From: Geminicoccaceae bacterium
GTDB lineage: Bacteria; Pseudomonadota; Alphaproteobacteria; Geminicoccales; Geminicoccaceae
Assembly (NCBI GenBank): GCA_050485385.1
Contig: JBJHBG010000005.1
Location: forward strand, 5,920-29,919
Length of the DNA stretch: 24,000 nucleotides
Direction: 5' to 3'
The position numbers were made by a program, and so were the translations under genes. A model generated the notes under the pieces. The model saw only the letters and a list, made by a program, of their open reading frames with translations, did not search any database and was not told the DNA's origin. How positions within the stretch are numbered: position 1 is the first letter of the stretch; each line of letters opens with the position of its first letter. Positions 23,384-24,000 of this stretch are shown one piece after another.

Positions 23384-24000
23384 ACGACCGTGCCATGACC
23401 GAAAGCTTCGATGCCCCCCGCACCGCCGTGGTGGAGCGCGAGACCGGCGAGACGCGCGTCGCCGTCTCGCTCGACCTCGACGGCACCGGGCGCGGCGAGA
23501 TCGATACCGGCATCGGCTTTCTCGACCACATGCTGCACGCGTTCGTGAAGCACGCGCGCTTCGACCTGGAGTTGCGCGCCGAAGGCGACCTCGAGGTCGA
23601 CGATCACCACACCGCCGAGGACGTGGCCTTGGTGCTCGGCCAAGCGCTCGGCGAGGCCCTCGGCGACCGCCGCGGCATCGTGCGCTTCGGCCACGCCTAC
23701 GCTCCGCTCGACGAGGCGCTCGCCCGCGTCGTCGTCGACCTCTCCGGCCGCCCCTTCGCGCGGGTGAAGCTCGGCTTCCGCCGCGAGACCATCGGCCAGA
23801 TCGCGACCGAGAACCTGACCCACGTCTTCGTCTCGCTCGCCATGGCCGCGCGCATGGCCTTGCACGTCGACGTGCTGGACGGCGAGAACGACCACCACCG
23901 CGCCGAGGCGGCGTTCAAGGCCCTGGCCCTCGCCTTGCGGCAGGCCGTTGCCGAGACCGGCACGGGCGACGTTCCCAGCACCAAGGGCACGCTGGCGTGA
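23380..24000 (+). CDS. hisB: Imidazoleglycerol-phosphate dehydratase
   Basis: 206 aa, complete, with its TGA stop at 23998-24000. Classical IGPD motifs are present: RETGETRV, DTGIGFLDHMLHAF, DDHHTAEDVALVLGQAL and ENDHHRAEAAFKALA. Confidence 0.9.
   Translation: MNDRAMTESFDAPRTAVVERETGETRVAVSLDLDGTGRGEIDTGIGFLDHMLHAFVKHARFDLELRAEGDLEVDDHHTAEDVALVLGQALGEALGDRRGIVRFGHAYAPLDEALARVVVDLSGRPFARVKLGFRRETIGQIATENLTHVFVSLAMAARMALHVDVLDGENDHHRAEAAFKALALALRQAVAETGTGDVPSTKGTLA

Overview
This is a high-GC chromosomal segment, roughly two-thirds G+C by eye. It is probably alphaproteobacterial, but that is inferred from the gene families only. I support 17 protein-coding genes. I saw no rRNA or tRNA genes, no CRISPR array and no transposase or integrase.

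Left third (6-8207): a tripartite tricarboxylate transporter (TTT) catabolic locus with a GntR/FCD regulator. Two tandem tctC-type binding-protein genes and the regulator lie on the - strand. They diverge from a + strand operon encoding a fumarylacetoacetate-hydrolase-family enzyme, an aldo/keto reductase, an alpha/beta hydrolase, TctB and TctA.

Middle (8335-14032): the most interesting part. An unusually AT-rich leader precedes a crotonase-fold gene that looks like the DSF (cis-2-enoic fatty acid) synthase RpfF. It converges on, and overlaps by 101 bp, a two-gene - strand operon. That operon encodes a REC-PAS-GGDEF-EAL c-di-GMP enzyme, ATGA-coupled to an RpfC-architecture hybrid histidine kinase (polytopic membrane sensor, HisKA, HATPase, REC, HPt). 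This pairs a Xanthomonas-type synthase and sensor with a Burkholderia-type GGDEF-EAL output, a wiring I do not recognise as described.

Right part: a Nudix hydrolase, a PraR/PhrR-like XRE regulator, a penicillin/AHL-acylase-family Ntn hydrolase, and a divergent gene of about 1,580 codons for an RTX plus cadherin-like (He_PIG-type) putative adhesin that contains an 891-bp tandem module duplication. The window ends with hisG and hisB.

All homology statements rest on motif recognition and remembered sequences, not on computed searches. Many long off-frame and antisense ORFs in the track are high-GC artefacts and are rejected.
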